A stretch of DNA of 61,322 nt, filler included, from Basidiobolus ranarum (Eukaryota): NCBI GenBank assembly GCA_040143965.1. It is 15 parts of 15 records of this genome, joined end to end, with 100 filler letters (N's around TTAATTAATTAA, not from the genome) between each part and the next. Parts side by side here need not be neighbours in the genome. Positions count along the whole stretch, not along the records: positions 8,208 to 12,208 come from JASJQH010002167.1; positions 12,309 to 16,309 come from JASJQH010002168.1; positions 16,410 to 20,409 come from JASJQH010002169.1; positions 20,510 to 24,507 come from JASJQH010002170.1; 11 more parts are not named here. One strand, given 5' to 3'. Of this stretch, positions 10,423 through 22,089 are shown in pieces. The notes beneath the pieces are model-generated. The model was given only the letters and a program-made list of their open reading frames with translations. It searched no databases and was not told the DNA's origin. The stretch's first letter is position 1. Every line of letters starts with the position of its first letter. Position numbers and translations under genes: made by a program.

Positions 10423-11301
10423 ATGAAATTCTCCAGCTTCCTCCCATCTGCCGCCTTCACTCTCAGCCTAGTGACATTGACTGTTGCTCACATGGAAATG
10501 ATCCAGCCACCTCCTCGTCACTCCAAGTACAATCCTACTTTTCAAGGGACTCCAGATTACAATATGGTCAATCCTTTGGGCACTTTTCCTTGCAAGGGCT
10601 ATGAACAAGGCAATGTTGTTCAAACTGTGCAAGCTGGTAGCGCCATCAGTGTCAAAATTAATGGAATTGCTACTCACAATGGAGGCCATTGCCAATTCGC
10701 TATATCATACGATGGTGGTAAAACCTTTGCCGTCTTAAGTACCATCTACAGTAACTGTATCATCTCTTCTCTGGATTATTCTGTAACCATCCCAAGTACT
10801 GCTGGTGCCAGTAAGAATGTGATTTTTGCCTGGACATGGATCAACAAAATCGGCAATCGTGAGTATTATATGAATTGTGCAGATATCGAGATTACTGGTT
10901 CCTCTGATGGTTACATTACTGGTCCAAGTCTTTTGGTTGTTAATCTTCCGGGTTATACCACTATCCCAGAGTTCCCACAGGATGGGCCCAATGATGGAAG
11001 AGACTTGTTGGCGGCGCGACCAACCATCACTATTCGCCCCCAAAGAGACACTTCTCCAACTACTACTACCACCACTTCCATTCCAACTACAACAAGCGCC
11101 TCTAGCACCACTAAATCTACCACCCCTACGTCAACCCCAGGTGCTGGAATTTGTAATGGAGTCGGTGCTTGGAACGCCGGAACAGCATATTCGGAATCTA
11201 AAAAAGCCACATACAATGGCCACTTATGGCAGGCCCAATGGTGGACTCAAAATGAGACTCCAGGCTCTAACAGTGCTTGGGTAGATCAGGGAGCATGTTA
11301 A
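10423..11301 (+). CDS. Secreted lytic polysaccharide monooxygenase, AA11 family, with Thr/Ser/Pro linker and C-terminal CBM5/12 chitin-binding module (292 aa)
   Basis: 22-aa signal peptide followed by the N-terminal His (HMEMIQPPPR). Motifs THNGGHCQFAISYD and FAWTWINKIGNREYYMNCADI. C-terminus AWNAGTAY...YNGHLWQAQWWTQNETPG. TATAAA lies about 65 bp upstream. The true start is the ATG at 10423, not the TTG at 10291. Confidence 0.9.
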   Translation: MKFSSFLPSAAFTLSLVTLTVAHMEMIQPPPRHSKYNPTFQGTPDYNMVNPLGTFPCKGYEQGNVVQTVQAGSAISVKINGIATHNGGHCQFAISYDGGKTFAVLSTIYSNCIISSLDYSVTIPSTAGASKNVIFAWTWINKIGNREYYMNCADIEITGSSDGYITGPSLLVVNLPGYTTIPEFPQDGPNDGRDLLAARPTITIRPQRDTSPTTTTTTSIPTTTSASSTTKSTTPTSTPGAGICNGVGAWNAGTAYSESKKATYNGHLWQAQWWTQNETPGSNSAWVDQGAC

Positions 11302-12308
11302 ATTTACAAATGCGCGATCAGACCGACACAGGATGAAATAAAATCCATTTTAACATGATCACTTCAAAATCTTTCGATTACCAATTCTGTAAACATATGA
11401 GTAGGCAATTTAATGCGAGAGATATAGATATAGATGCTGGTTCTTTTTTGATTTTTAGAATGGACCTTGCATGTTCAAGGTTCATACAAATCAAGATGAT
11501 GGTAAGAAGCAACCAACACAATCAGGAGATTACTTCGATTTTTCAAGAGGACTGAGTTGTAATTTAGATAACGATCTTTTAGAAGTAAATACTAGAGTAC
11601 TCTTTATTGCTTATAAAAAGGGAAGTATTAGCTAGCAGCAACATGATCTTCCAAATGAAACTGATACTGCATGCAATAAATGGTGATATATATGACAAGA
11701 AAATTTGAAAAGTCCGCATGAATTTTGATTGATTTAGAAATTGCAGTAACTGGAATCTTAACTGAAATCTAAAGATTGGCTATGGTTATTATAGGTATGG
11801 TGATTATATTCAATCTTGGGAAAATAAGCATTACTATATTATGCAGCAGTAAAATAAGGCTACTCAACACTATCATTATACACCCAACTTTTTCATATAT
11901 CACAGCAAAACTGGTTGAAAGTAGTTAGTCTAATATCACTTAACTGTATATTGAATTGTTTACTCAGTATATGTGTGAGTCAATCAAAAATTAACAATGT
12001 TAAACTTGAAATTTGTGCTTAACTATGTTCTATATTCTAGTATATGCTGATAGGTAGTACTTTGCATACTTTAGTATATTATGGAGAAACTCTACACTTA
12101 GGGTATAGATGTTCTGGTAAGGGTAAGGGAGGGTAAGGATGAAAAGAGGGGGTCTGGGGGATGCAGTCCTCCCAGTATAAAAAGAAAGCAGGGGGTATGG
12201 GGGATGCANNNNNNNNNNNNNNNNNNNNNNNNNNNNNNNNNNNNNNNNNNNNTTAATTAATTAANNNNNNNNNNNNNNNNNNNNNNNNNNNNNNNNNNNN
12301 NNNNNNNN

Positions 12309-13084
12309 TGGCTCCCCCCTTCTCAATTACAAAACCATTGGAGAACCATCACAATATTGGTAGCTTGCATTCTGCCAGGGATTTTGATGGTGAGATGGTA
12401 GCTTCTTGACAGTATTTTGATGGTATTCACTTATGGTAAAAATTTTGATCCTGATATTTGGCTTATGTAATTTAATTTCCAACAATTTTTGCAAAAAACT
12501 AATCTTCAAGTGGCAAATCACTGAGTATACTGCTGCAGGAGTTGGAATCAACATGCATGCCTTTATTTAGATATTTTAGGCTTGGTATTCCAGCCATAAT
12601 ATGAATCAAAAAATACAAGTATCTTATTGTGTTTAGTATCTACATGTGGGCATACTTGACTGATCAGGCATAACTCAGCAACTTCAATATGCTTTACCAG
12701 CAAATTTATGGTGGAAAAACTTCTAAACATCTGAAATTTTGAATAGCACTGACACTTGGCAAAGAGATGACTCTTGTTGAGGCTCACAATAGGAATAAGC
12801 TCTTGGCTTTTGGCCAATTTCTGTAAAGAATGCAGCAAATATATCCCCAACTTGCAGTCATTAAATATCATGCCACAAGTAGATGTGACATTGCTTGAAT
12901 AGGTGACCCTATGGCTTAAATGATAAAATACTGCATATCTTGATCTATCTCACCAGGAAGTCTGTCTTGCAGCTTTCCTAGAAGGACCATCAGATAATAA
13001 CACAAACAAATTAGTCCAATTCATAGAGATAATTACTCAATGTCCATGGATTGGGTTTTGTTGCTGTTACTGTGCTCTATTAAT
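12309..13084 (-). mobile_element. CMC/CACTA element, transposase 3' region remnant
   Basis: Colinear, diverged duplicate of about 15325-16070. Interrupted at 13085 by another copy's terminus. Confidence 0.7.
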
Positions 13085-15276
13085 CCCTAACAGAAATTTG
13101 AGGATTATTAACATAGGAAAACCTTTTTAACTTTGATCCATTTTGGATGGACTGTTTAATCACCATGATAAAATTGTTAAATTAGATTTGATTCTAATAA
13201 TTTTTTTCAGTTTTAGGAGTGAATTTTCAAGATCTTACAAAATAGTTTCCCACAATTAGCTACATTCTTAGAGAACTATGGATTAACACATTTGCAAAAA
13301 ACATAACTCAAGTTTTACCCATTTACCACTTGAACACTAATTTGCCTCCTTCAACATTCCTTGGTACTTTGATACATTGTCTTGAATCTTTATATAGAGT
13401 TCTTTGTACCCAAGGTTTAGCTCATATCAAACACAAGTTTGTATCAATATCTCCATCAAAGCCAATCATATATTAATGTTGCTGAATCAGCCCACCACTC
13501 CATAAACATTGCTGAATCAACATTCTTCCAGCTATCTGGCAGATACCCTGCAATATTGTGCTGCTCTGTATTAAATTCTTCCCAGATATCTGCATGGGTA
13601 ACACCAGACTAAATGTCAAGTTGAATGTTCTTCTTTAGAAGCCACTTTCTGCACACTTGCACTGTGTTTTTCTCTTCATACTTTTGTATATACTCCTAGA
13701 GCACTTTTACCATTTCTATACATCCTTGTAGTTTGATACTGTCTAGGGTGCTCTGCAGTGTTTGTGTGGCTTTTTGCTTGCCTCTAAGTTTGGGGCTAAT
13801 TTCAACACTTTGAAAAGGACCAGTTGTGGTTGGATGGCCATAAGTTTTCTTTGCAGGTGTTTTAGCTTGCTGAGAGATGCCAGGAATTAAATAAAACACC
13901 AACTTGTTGTTTGTCTTCCAAAGCCACTTTCTACATACTTGCACTGCATTTTTCCTTTCATACTTTTGAAAATACTCCTCAAGTACTTTTGCTATTTTTA
14001 GAAATCCTTGTAGTGTGACACTAGTGAGGATGCTTTGTGGTGTTTGTGTGGCTTGTTGCTCACCTATCTGTTTGAGGCTATTTTCAACACTATGAAAATT
14101 ACCAGTAGAGGTTGGAGAACCATGAGTCTTATGTTATGGTGTTTTAATTTGATGCAAGGTACCAGGTGTTGGTTAAACCTCCAAATATGGCACTCTTGCA
14201 ACTGGTGTACCTGGTTCCATGGTGAAATTAAGCTTTTTTGCCAATATATCTGACTGTGATAATACAGATCTTCATAATGGTGTGAAGCACTTGGTAAGTA
14301 GGACATCAGAACCTGAACTCACTGGTTCCTTTGCTTTTCCCTTGGGTTTAATAACTTCCAGCTTTTTGGTACTTCTTTAGCTGCCTTTCTTTAATTTCCA
14401 AGTTGATAATTGTGTACATTTTTGTGATGTTTCATGAATAGGCCTATACTAGCTCAATTGCCATTTGCTAGCAAAAACTCAAAATAAGCCACATGTAATA
14501 TGTCAAGACCTTTCAGAGTAATGCCTGGTTTTTGGTTTTTCCACAATTGGCTCAAATCTAGGGGATTTTGGGCAAGATTCCACACAGTTTCCAAAATGTT
14601 AAACCACTCATCATCAGAGCAAGTGATGGCAGCTCTAACACTCAGAGTCTTTTGGTTTGCTGGTGTTCCTATGAGATTTCTACTTTCATGTTCACATGTA
14701 TCATTGGGTTGTTGTGTAGGCTTAACGGTCACACACATATTCTGCTCTGCTGGATTGTCATGGTGACCTTCAGATGTATGGTGTGGGATTGATTGAAATG
14801 CCATATGAGAATGGATGGAGGGAATAGCATGTGACTGTAGCTCAAGTATAGTATTCTTAAGGTCTTTTATCATTGTTCAATGACCCTCTAACTGTGGACT
14901 AGTTGCTTCCAAATGCTGCATTAATTGTAATGATGAGGTATTTTTGCTTGTCAAGGCCTGTATAGCAACTGTGTAGTTTTTACTAATGATTGCATACAAA
15001 TCACAATTGTGTTCTGCCTGCGATTCCCTTTTTGTAACAATTCTATCAAAATTTTCCATGGAGGATTGTTCAATTGTTTGCACTGTACTCATTTTGGAAG
15101 CAATAGTCCTGACAGTGTTTCTGTTGAACTTTGCTCAACTATTGACTTACTATGTGATGTGGGGGATTACAAGCTCTTCACTTGCACTATTGCTTGAAAA
15201 GCACACATCCAATAAATTAGTTAATGCTTGATCATTACTTGAGTTAGGTTTTGGCATGTCAATGCCTTCTAAAGTA
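13085..15276 (-). mobile_element. CMC/CACTA element: TIR CCCTAACAGAAAT plus nearly complete decayed ORF2
   Basis: Perfect terminus at 13085. ORF fragments 13696-15092 match ORF2 peptides (WFNILETV..LDLSQLWKNQKPG, VQVCRKWL). Contains an internal duplication. Confidence 0.8.
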
Positions 15277-16309
15277 CCCAACAAAAATACAATTAATTAG
15301 ATCCGGATTAGATCACTCTACTGAATTGCAAAACCATCAGAGACCTATCAAAATATTGGTGGCTTGCATTCTGCCAGGGATTTTGATGGTGTGATGGTGG
15401 TTTCTGGATGATATTTTGACGGTATTAATACATGTTAAAGTATAGATCCTCATATTTGGCATGCATTATTTAATTTCCGGCAATTTTTGCAAAATTCCAA
15501 TTGTTGAATTACAAATTACTGGGTTTACTGCTGTAAGAATTCAAATTAAGATGCATGCCATTGTTTAGATATTTTTGGCCTTGTATTCCAGCCTCAACAA
15601 GAACCAAAAAATACAAGAATCTTGTTGTATTTAGTCTCTACATATGCAAATACTTGACTGATCAGACATAACTCAACAACATCAATATGTTTTACCTACA
15701 AACTGAAGTTGGAAATATTGCTAAACATCTGAGATTTGAAATGGCACTGACACTTGGCAAACAGCTGACTCTTGTTACTGTTCAGAATGAGAATAAGCTC
15801 TTGTATTTTGGCAAATTTCCATAAAGAATTCAGCCAATATAACCCCACTTGCAGTCAAAAAATGTCCTGCCACAAGTAGATGTGTCATTGGTTCAATAGA
15901 TTACCTCATGGCTATAATGATGATACTGCATATTTGATCTATCTCACCAAGAAGTCTGTATTGCAGCATTCTTGGAAAAACCATCAGATAATTACACAAA
16001 CAAATTAGTCCAAATTATAGAGGTATTTACTGTGTGTCCATGTATTGGGCTTTGTTGCTATCATTGTGCTCAAACAATGCAAAAGCCAGAGAGCACATTG
16101 AAAAGAGCCCGTTGTTGGAAGGTTAATACACTCTGGAGTCTCCTTAACTCATTTCATGACATCCATCACTGATTTTGCCAATATATTATTAGTCAGATTA
16201 ACACATGGTAATACTGACAATTTTACATGGAGCATCATTTCACCATTGGTGCACTCCATTGGGAACTCCCAGAATCTATAGCCAAGGTCTTGAATCTCTA
16301 AGCATTGAG
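15277..16309 (-). mobile_element. CMC/CACTA element: transposase-side terminus and transposase C-terminal region
   Basis: Terminus CCC-AACAAAAAT (compare 40642-40654). The minus strand near 16280-16190 reads FWEFPMECTNGEMMLHVKLSVLPCVNLTNN, the W.FPMER..G....VK.S..P..NL.N motif of CACTA transposases. Confidence 0.75.
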
Positions 16310-16461
16310 NNNNNNNNNNNNNNNNNNNNNNNNNNNNNNNNNNNNNNNNNNNNTTAATTAATTAANNNNNNNNNNNNNNNNNNNNNNNNNNNNNNNNNNN
16401 NNNNNNNNNTTAAAACTATCATGGTTTTCCTACAATAACAATCCTCAAATTTCTGTTAGGG

Positions 16462-17490
16462 TTGCATACTAAAAAATAGCTCCATTATAGCAAAGAAATA
16501 AGTATCTGGTTATAGATCTCCTGTCTTCAATATCTCTTCCCCAATTTGCATCTGAATATCACATCAGATCAAAGTTTGATCCAGGACATGTGTATTTTAA
16601 GCACAGATCCACAGTACTTTTCAAATATCTGATAATTGACGCAACTACTATGATTTGATCAAATCCATAATTCTGAAGATATGAAATTCTCTTATTCCAT
16701 AATTGAATAGTTTCTTGATTTGAATAATATATATTTCTACATAAACCTCTTGGATTATATGTAAGTTTGTATAAGCTCTGATCCTTTTCTCCCAAAGCTA
16801 AATAATTCCCTTTTTGATCAGCCATGGTGCATCCTGACTTAACAAAATTAAATTTTTGCTCATCTGAGGTGGCCTTGCATACAGATATCAAATTAGTGGC
16901 AATATCTGAAACATGTAGTACATCCTTAAAGATATGTATCTTCTCTTCAGAAGCTCCAGTTAAATTGACTTGAATTGTTCCCATTCCAATAGCATCCAAT
17001 GTGTGGTCAGCTCCCATGCAAACCTTTCTAATTGGGATTTCTTCACAATCCCTAAACTAATGTTGTTCATATGTGAAAAGCTGGGAGGCTCCAGAATCAA
17101 TATACCACATCTGAGAATCCTTGCTGATAGTCATAGATAGAGCAGATATGATCAAGTGATCTTCTATTGTAATCACATTTCCAGATTCAGTATGTTTTTC
17201 TGTTGCAATTTTTTTAAAGCAATCCTTGCTTAAATGGCCAGTTCTTTTACAATAATCACAGAATGTGCTACTGTTCTTCTTAAAGTGCTTTTGACCTTCA
17301 TAGGAAGGTTTCCCATAGCCTATTAAAGAATTTTCTTCATTCTTTTGGTTGGATCCTAATTTGTGTGAATCTTCATCCAGAAGTCTGCCAAATACATAAT
17401 TTAAGGTCAAATTTTCAGTTCTTGATTCTAGAGCCATTACTAGGCTCTAAAACTCATGTGACAGGCTATTCAGGACTGTAACTATGATAT
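16462..17490 (-). mobile_element. Ty1/Copia family 2 gag C-terminus and protease remnant
   Basis: CDYCKRTGHLSKDC knuckle, WYIDSGASQ, DVLHVSDIATNLISV. Near-identical peptide to the gag at 44544-44780. A CACTA terminus (...CTGTTAGGG) ends at 16461 beside it. Confidence 0.85.
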
Positions 17491-18116
17491 CTTCAAACCA
17501 CTTCCAATAGGCTCCCAAATACCTCAACAGTTTCTGACTATTGAGTTGAGGGAGAGTGTTCCATATTTCAACAAATTCCCAAAATATTTCAACATTTCCT
17601 TCAGACTAGAAATAGCTCAATTAATACTTTTTGCATGGAGTAGTCAACCTTTCAAATTGTAGTTATGTCCAGGCACAATTTTGTCCATAAATATCACTAA
17701 TTGGCAAAAATCTGGATAAAAATTTATTTGTAAACTTTGATTTGAAAGCAATGGTAGCAAGATCTATTTTAACATTATATACAGGCCACTTGTCATAATA
17801 ATGCTTCACGTGTTAGTGGCATCACTTTCTTGATCAGTTACATCAGAAAAGTGGTACAGTAGATGTGTCCAAGTGCAAAAGTTAAGTATCGACTTCGATT
17901 ACCTATGCTAGGCATATATGAATGGTAAGAAACCTGGACTTGTAGATATCTCTAGTTAAATGGTATGGCTATTTCATGATACGGACATCCTATTTCTTAA
18001 GTATGATGGCGTAAGGAATTCTAACTGTACAATTATTTTATAACTTATCAAAGAAGAACACGCAGCAAGCTAGAAACTCTATAGGATAACAAAGTTATTC
18101 TATGAGTATAATCAAA

Positions 18117-19705
18117 TTATTGTCTATCGATCTCATTTGGCTGTGAAGCCAATAAAATTTTTATTCGCTCCAACTCCTTAGCCTGCTCCTTGATGATGCG
18201 ATTTTGGTCTTTGAGCTGCTTGAAAAGATGAACCTTGTTGTTTTCAGCCGATTCAACATATTTTTGAAACATTTTAGAGCATGCCGTTACGACCCCAGCC
18301 TCGGGCTCAAAAGCTTTGATATTATCGCTCACATGAAAAACGGCATTCCGCAAGTTTGTGGGACGAGCAACTGCCATAAATACAATCGCTCCAGTTTGTT
18401 GCTCAATTTGTTTGGCCTGCAGTAAGGTATTTAGAGAATGAAATTTCTGCAAGCACCTCTTTCTCTTCGTCAAAATATACACTAAGCGTACCTTTTGAAT
18501 CATTCTTCTTGTAGCTTTGAAATAGGTCTGAGCGCGGGAACGACTACTAGAAAGAAAAGTGTATTGCTTTTTGTTTTTGTCTCCGGAAGCTCCGGATCTA
18601 CTTTTGGAGTCTGTTAACATTTGTTAGTATTTCGTGATTGACTGTTACAGGGTGTGCTTAATATTTACTAGAGGTTTCGTCGTCTGAATCGGAACTGGGA
18701 ATGGTGAGCATCTTTGGGTCTACCTCATTTAGTGGTTCACTTGGTTCTTGATCCATGAAATACTGAAAGCTTTCCCAATTCAACTCTGGTAACAAGATCT
18801 CCTCTGAGGAATGATTAAACATATTTTGAGATAGACGAGTGTCTTGATTTCTGGTTGTCGAATCTGTACATAAATAAAGCCTAAATAATCGTCGCTGTAT
18901 ATCCAATAGCATCATTCGTGTTCTCACCTTTTTCTACCGCTTCCAAAAAGTTACCAGACAGTATACCATCCAACTCCTCAGCTGTACAGTGAACACCGCC
19001 CAATTCTATTTGAGCTTTGATTTCGGAAAGGGTTGCTCCTGTAAATGTAATTAGAATGTACCTTTCAAAGTGCGAAGGTATTGAAAGGAAGTACCATGAG
19101 ATTCTGAAATGTTCTTGATCCAAACACGTACTAGAGTGGAATGATCTTTGAAACGGCCTTTAACGGCAAGGAATAGCTTTGCAATATCGGAAAGGTAAGT
19201 GGATCGTAAGATGGGTAGAAAAGGTGGATAACCATAGCGGGTTCGTAAGTAGGTATTTAGTTGACCTATATTGGTGAGATCATCGATATCTTTATATGGA
19301 TGAGAGCACTGACATAAGAAAATAGGGCAGACTGTAGACATGTGGTCTTACCAAGAATCTGCTCTTCGTTCGAAAGCTCGTCGAGTTCTGGTATGAGTAT
19401 ATTTGGATTCTTTTGTTGAGACTGCAACCTTGTAGATCCAACATTTTCAACTTGCGGAGAAAGTGGAGATGAGTTGAAACTAGAGATATCTAAACAAAGC
19501 TCTTAAGTAACTAAACGAAGAACAAACAGTGAAGGAAAGTAATCATAAACTCTTGTCTACCATTTAGGCTATGTGTATTCGAACTGGAAAAGCTGCCTGA
19601 AGATATTTTGAATGGGATGTGTGAGCTCGAGTGAACATTGCATGAACAAAGGACATTTCCGTTAGCATCGTGACTGCATCCACAGAGGGTAGTTGGCTGG
19701 TTCAT
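18117..19705 (-). CDS. 7-exon gene, about 400 aa, with a divergent C-terminal MADS-box-like domain and coiled coil. Model: complement(join(18117..18416,18492..18610,18669..18863,18928..19038,19095..19289,19352..19489,19561..19705))
   Basis: Six GT-AG introns of 56-75 bp join the ORF-track fragments into one open 1203-nt frame. Spliced peptide FLSSSRSRAQTYFKATRRMIQKAKQIEQQTGAIVFMAV. CpGs are retained, unlike in the repeats. The acceptor at 19290 (AAG) could instead be the in-frame TAG at 19267. Confidence 0.75.
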
Positions 19706-20040
19706 ACTTGAGCCTCACTGTCAATTTAAAGAGCAGAAGTCTAACTATGTATTGTCGTAGTTGTGATGAAATCAAGAAGTGAAATTGCCACTATAACTTA
19801 ATCTAGTTATACAATATTGAAGAGATGTTTATTTCCAAAAGATTTTCATATCACAAGAATCATTGATTAGCTCAAATTTGTCAACGGCACCAGTGATGAC
19901 TGGTGATAATTTTGATAGCATGAAAAAGATGTAGGGCCGGTGCATTTTATCCGAGCCAGTTTGATAATTATCTGGAATATATAAGATACTCTAGCTGATA
20001 TTGTGAAATTGGGAACATATCTAAAGAAGACGTCTTGCCT

Positions 20041-20409
20041 TCAATCATCATCATTATCATCATCATCATACGGTCTTTTTAAACTCCACTCTCCTTTGGC
20101 TCCCATTTTCTTTAATAGACGGTCTGCAGCTTCCAATTGTTGCTTAGAAGGCTTATAATGCCCACTTGCATTGGTTAGTTCTCTGAGTTCTCCGTGTGAC
20201 ACTGCGATCGTTCCTCCGCACAGTACTGGCCCACCTGCTAGAAAGGTTGAATGATGAAAACGTCCGGCAACTTTTCGTCCCATATAGACAATCATATCAG
20301 GGCTTATAACATAGATGCCTTCAAAGCCCTTCAAATATGTCTTTTGTAAGTGTACAAGTTCGCCGCTTTTTTTGTATATTAGCTTTCCATCATCATTAGC
20401 AATCACTGC
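20041..20409 (-). CDS. 3' part of a gene with an IQM-family C-terminal-like domain (FHHSTFLAGG...NASGHYKP), 5' end off contig
   Basis: GIYVIS...YMGRKVAGRFHHSTFLAGGPVLCGGTI..SHGEL..LTNASGHYKPS resembles the FQHSSFLAGG...SGHYxP domain of plant and fungal IQM proteins. The frame is open to the contig edge. Confidence 0.7.
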   Translation of the reverse strand, partial: AVIANDDGKLIYKKSGELVHLQKTYLKGFEGIYVISPDMIVYMGRKVAGRFHHSTFLAGGPVLCGGTIAVSHGELRELTNASGHYKPSKQQLEAADRLLKKMGAKGEWSLKRPYDDDDNDDD

Positions 20410-20509
20410 NNNNNNNNNNNNNNNNNNNNNNNNNNNNNNNNNNNNNNNNNNNNTTAATTAATTAANNNNNNNNNNNNNNNNNNNNNNNNNNNNNNNNNNN
20501 NNNNNNNNN

Positions 20510-20617
20510 TTCCAAAATGGTAAATAACATCGTGCCGGATAGTGCCCAATCATGCCAATTTGTGCTGGCACACTTTTTAGCTGGCCTGATCTGGCTCAAT
20601 AAAATGGAACAAGTCTA
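20510..20617 (-). mobile_element. Possible hAT-like DNA transposon terminus inserted in Copia RT
   Basis: Minus strand begins TAGACTTGTTCC and has several GGCAC/GTGCC subterminal motifs. Copia RT resumes abruptly at 20618. Confidence 0.35.
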
Positions 20618-21938
20618 ATCCTTATCTTGGTACTGTATGTCAAGGAATTGATTATAGCCATAAATGATCTAGAAGCACTTAGTCAGACAAAAAAAGCTTA
20701 GCAAACCAATTTCAAATGGTCAGTATGGATGAATTAAGTTTTTTTCTTGCAATTCAAAGAGAGATAACCCAAACACAAAATCTTGCTGAATCAGTCTAGA
20801 TACCTCCTAGACATCCAAAAAGGCTTCAACTTGCAGAATAGCAAGCCTGTATTGCTACCAATGGATCCCAATGTTAAATTACTCCCAATTTCATCTTATT
20901 AGGCCCTTCATGTCTCAAATCAAAGCCAGGAGTTCCCTTATCAACACATAGTTGGTAGTTTAACATATAAAATGGTTGGAACACGTACAGGCTTTTCTGT
21001 GGTAGTGGGAACTGTCTGCAAATTTCTCCAAAATCCTGGATCTGAGCACAAAACTGCAGGAAAACAAATGCTCAGGCATTTGATAGGAACTGTAGATCTA
21101 ATTCTTGAATACTCTGTCATTCTGGATACACCAAACTTTGAAGGCCACAGTGATGCAGACTGGGGAAGAAACCTAGCTGATTGATGTTCAACAACTGGGT
21201 AAACTTTTCTCCATGATAATGGTGCCATATTTGGAGTAGTAAGAAGCAACTGACCATAACACCTTTCACTACAGAAGCTGAGTCTATGGCTGCCTCTGCT
21301 ACTAGACAAGAAGCTATGTGATTAAGAAAGTTATTTACAGACTTAGGATACATACAAAAAAGGCTATCACACTATTTGCAGATAAGTAGAGTTGTATTCC
21401 ATTAGCTAAAAGCAGGCATCATTTTGTTGGAGAAGTAATAGAAAATGATATTACTGCACTTGTCTATTGCTCTAATGAAGATATGATAAGTGGCATCTCA
21501 ACCAAGTCTTTAGCTAAAGCATAATTTGAACTATTCAGATACAAGTTAGATGTAAGAGAATAACAAAATCATTAGTTGAGTGCAAATGTTGAAACTGGGT
21601 AAATCGCAACTCATTATTTGGTACCTAGTTTATTCATATTCTGAATATTTAACACTCAATTCTGCCATTTTAAGATGTGTGTTTATTGCTCTAATTGATA
21701 GAGATATTAATTTGATCCCTGTTATCAATTTTCACCATTTTCTCAAATCTTGTCCAAATCATCTCAACTTTTCACCCATTCTTAAAAGGCATGTTTGATA
21801 TGATCTAAGCATTTTGAATAGTACTGTTTCATAGTTAACTATGAATAACATGTATTTAATTCTATAAAACTTAAGTTTTTAAATCACAAATCAAATTATT
21901 GTCCAAAACACTTCCAAATTCCCTAAATGCTTTTATCA
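20618..21938 (+). mobile_element. Ty1/Copia family 1, 3' part: RT/RNase H, PPT, 3' LTR-A (21587-21938)
   Basis: FEGHSDADWG and WSSKKQ..TTEAE motifs. PPT TTGAGTGCAAA, then a 352-bp TG..ATCA LTR. Confidence 0.88.
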
Positions 21939-22089
21939 ATTACTACTATCTAAGTACAACTCTAAACTCCATAATTGTACCATCAAGAGCCTTGTCAGAT
22001 TTCACCATGCCCACTGATATAAGCTCACGAAATAGTTAGTCTAACATCACACTAAGTATTAGTAATAAGCCCCAGAATATAATCTAAAA

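Noticed and set aside
19039-19061. 23-nt micro-intron GTACATTCTAATTACATTTACAG that restores the frame
   Set aside because: A same-phase donor at 19094 gives an ordinary 56-nt intron, which is more parsimonious.
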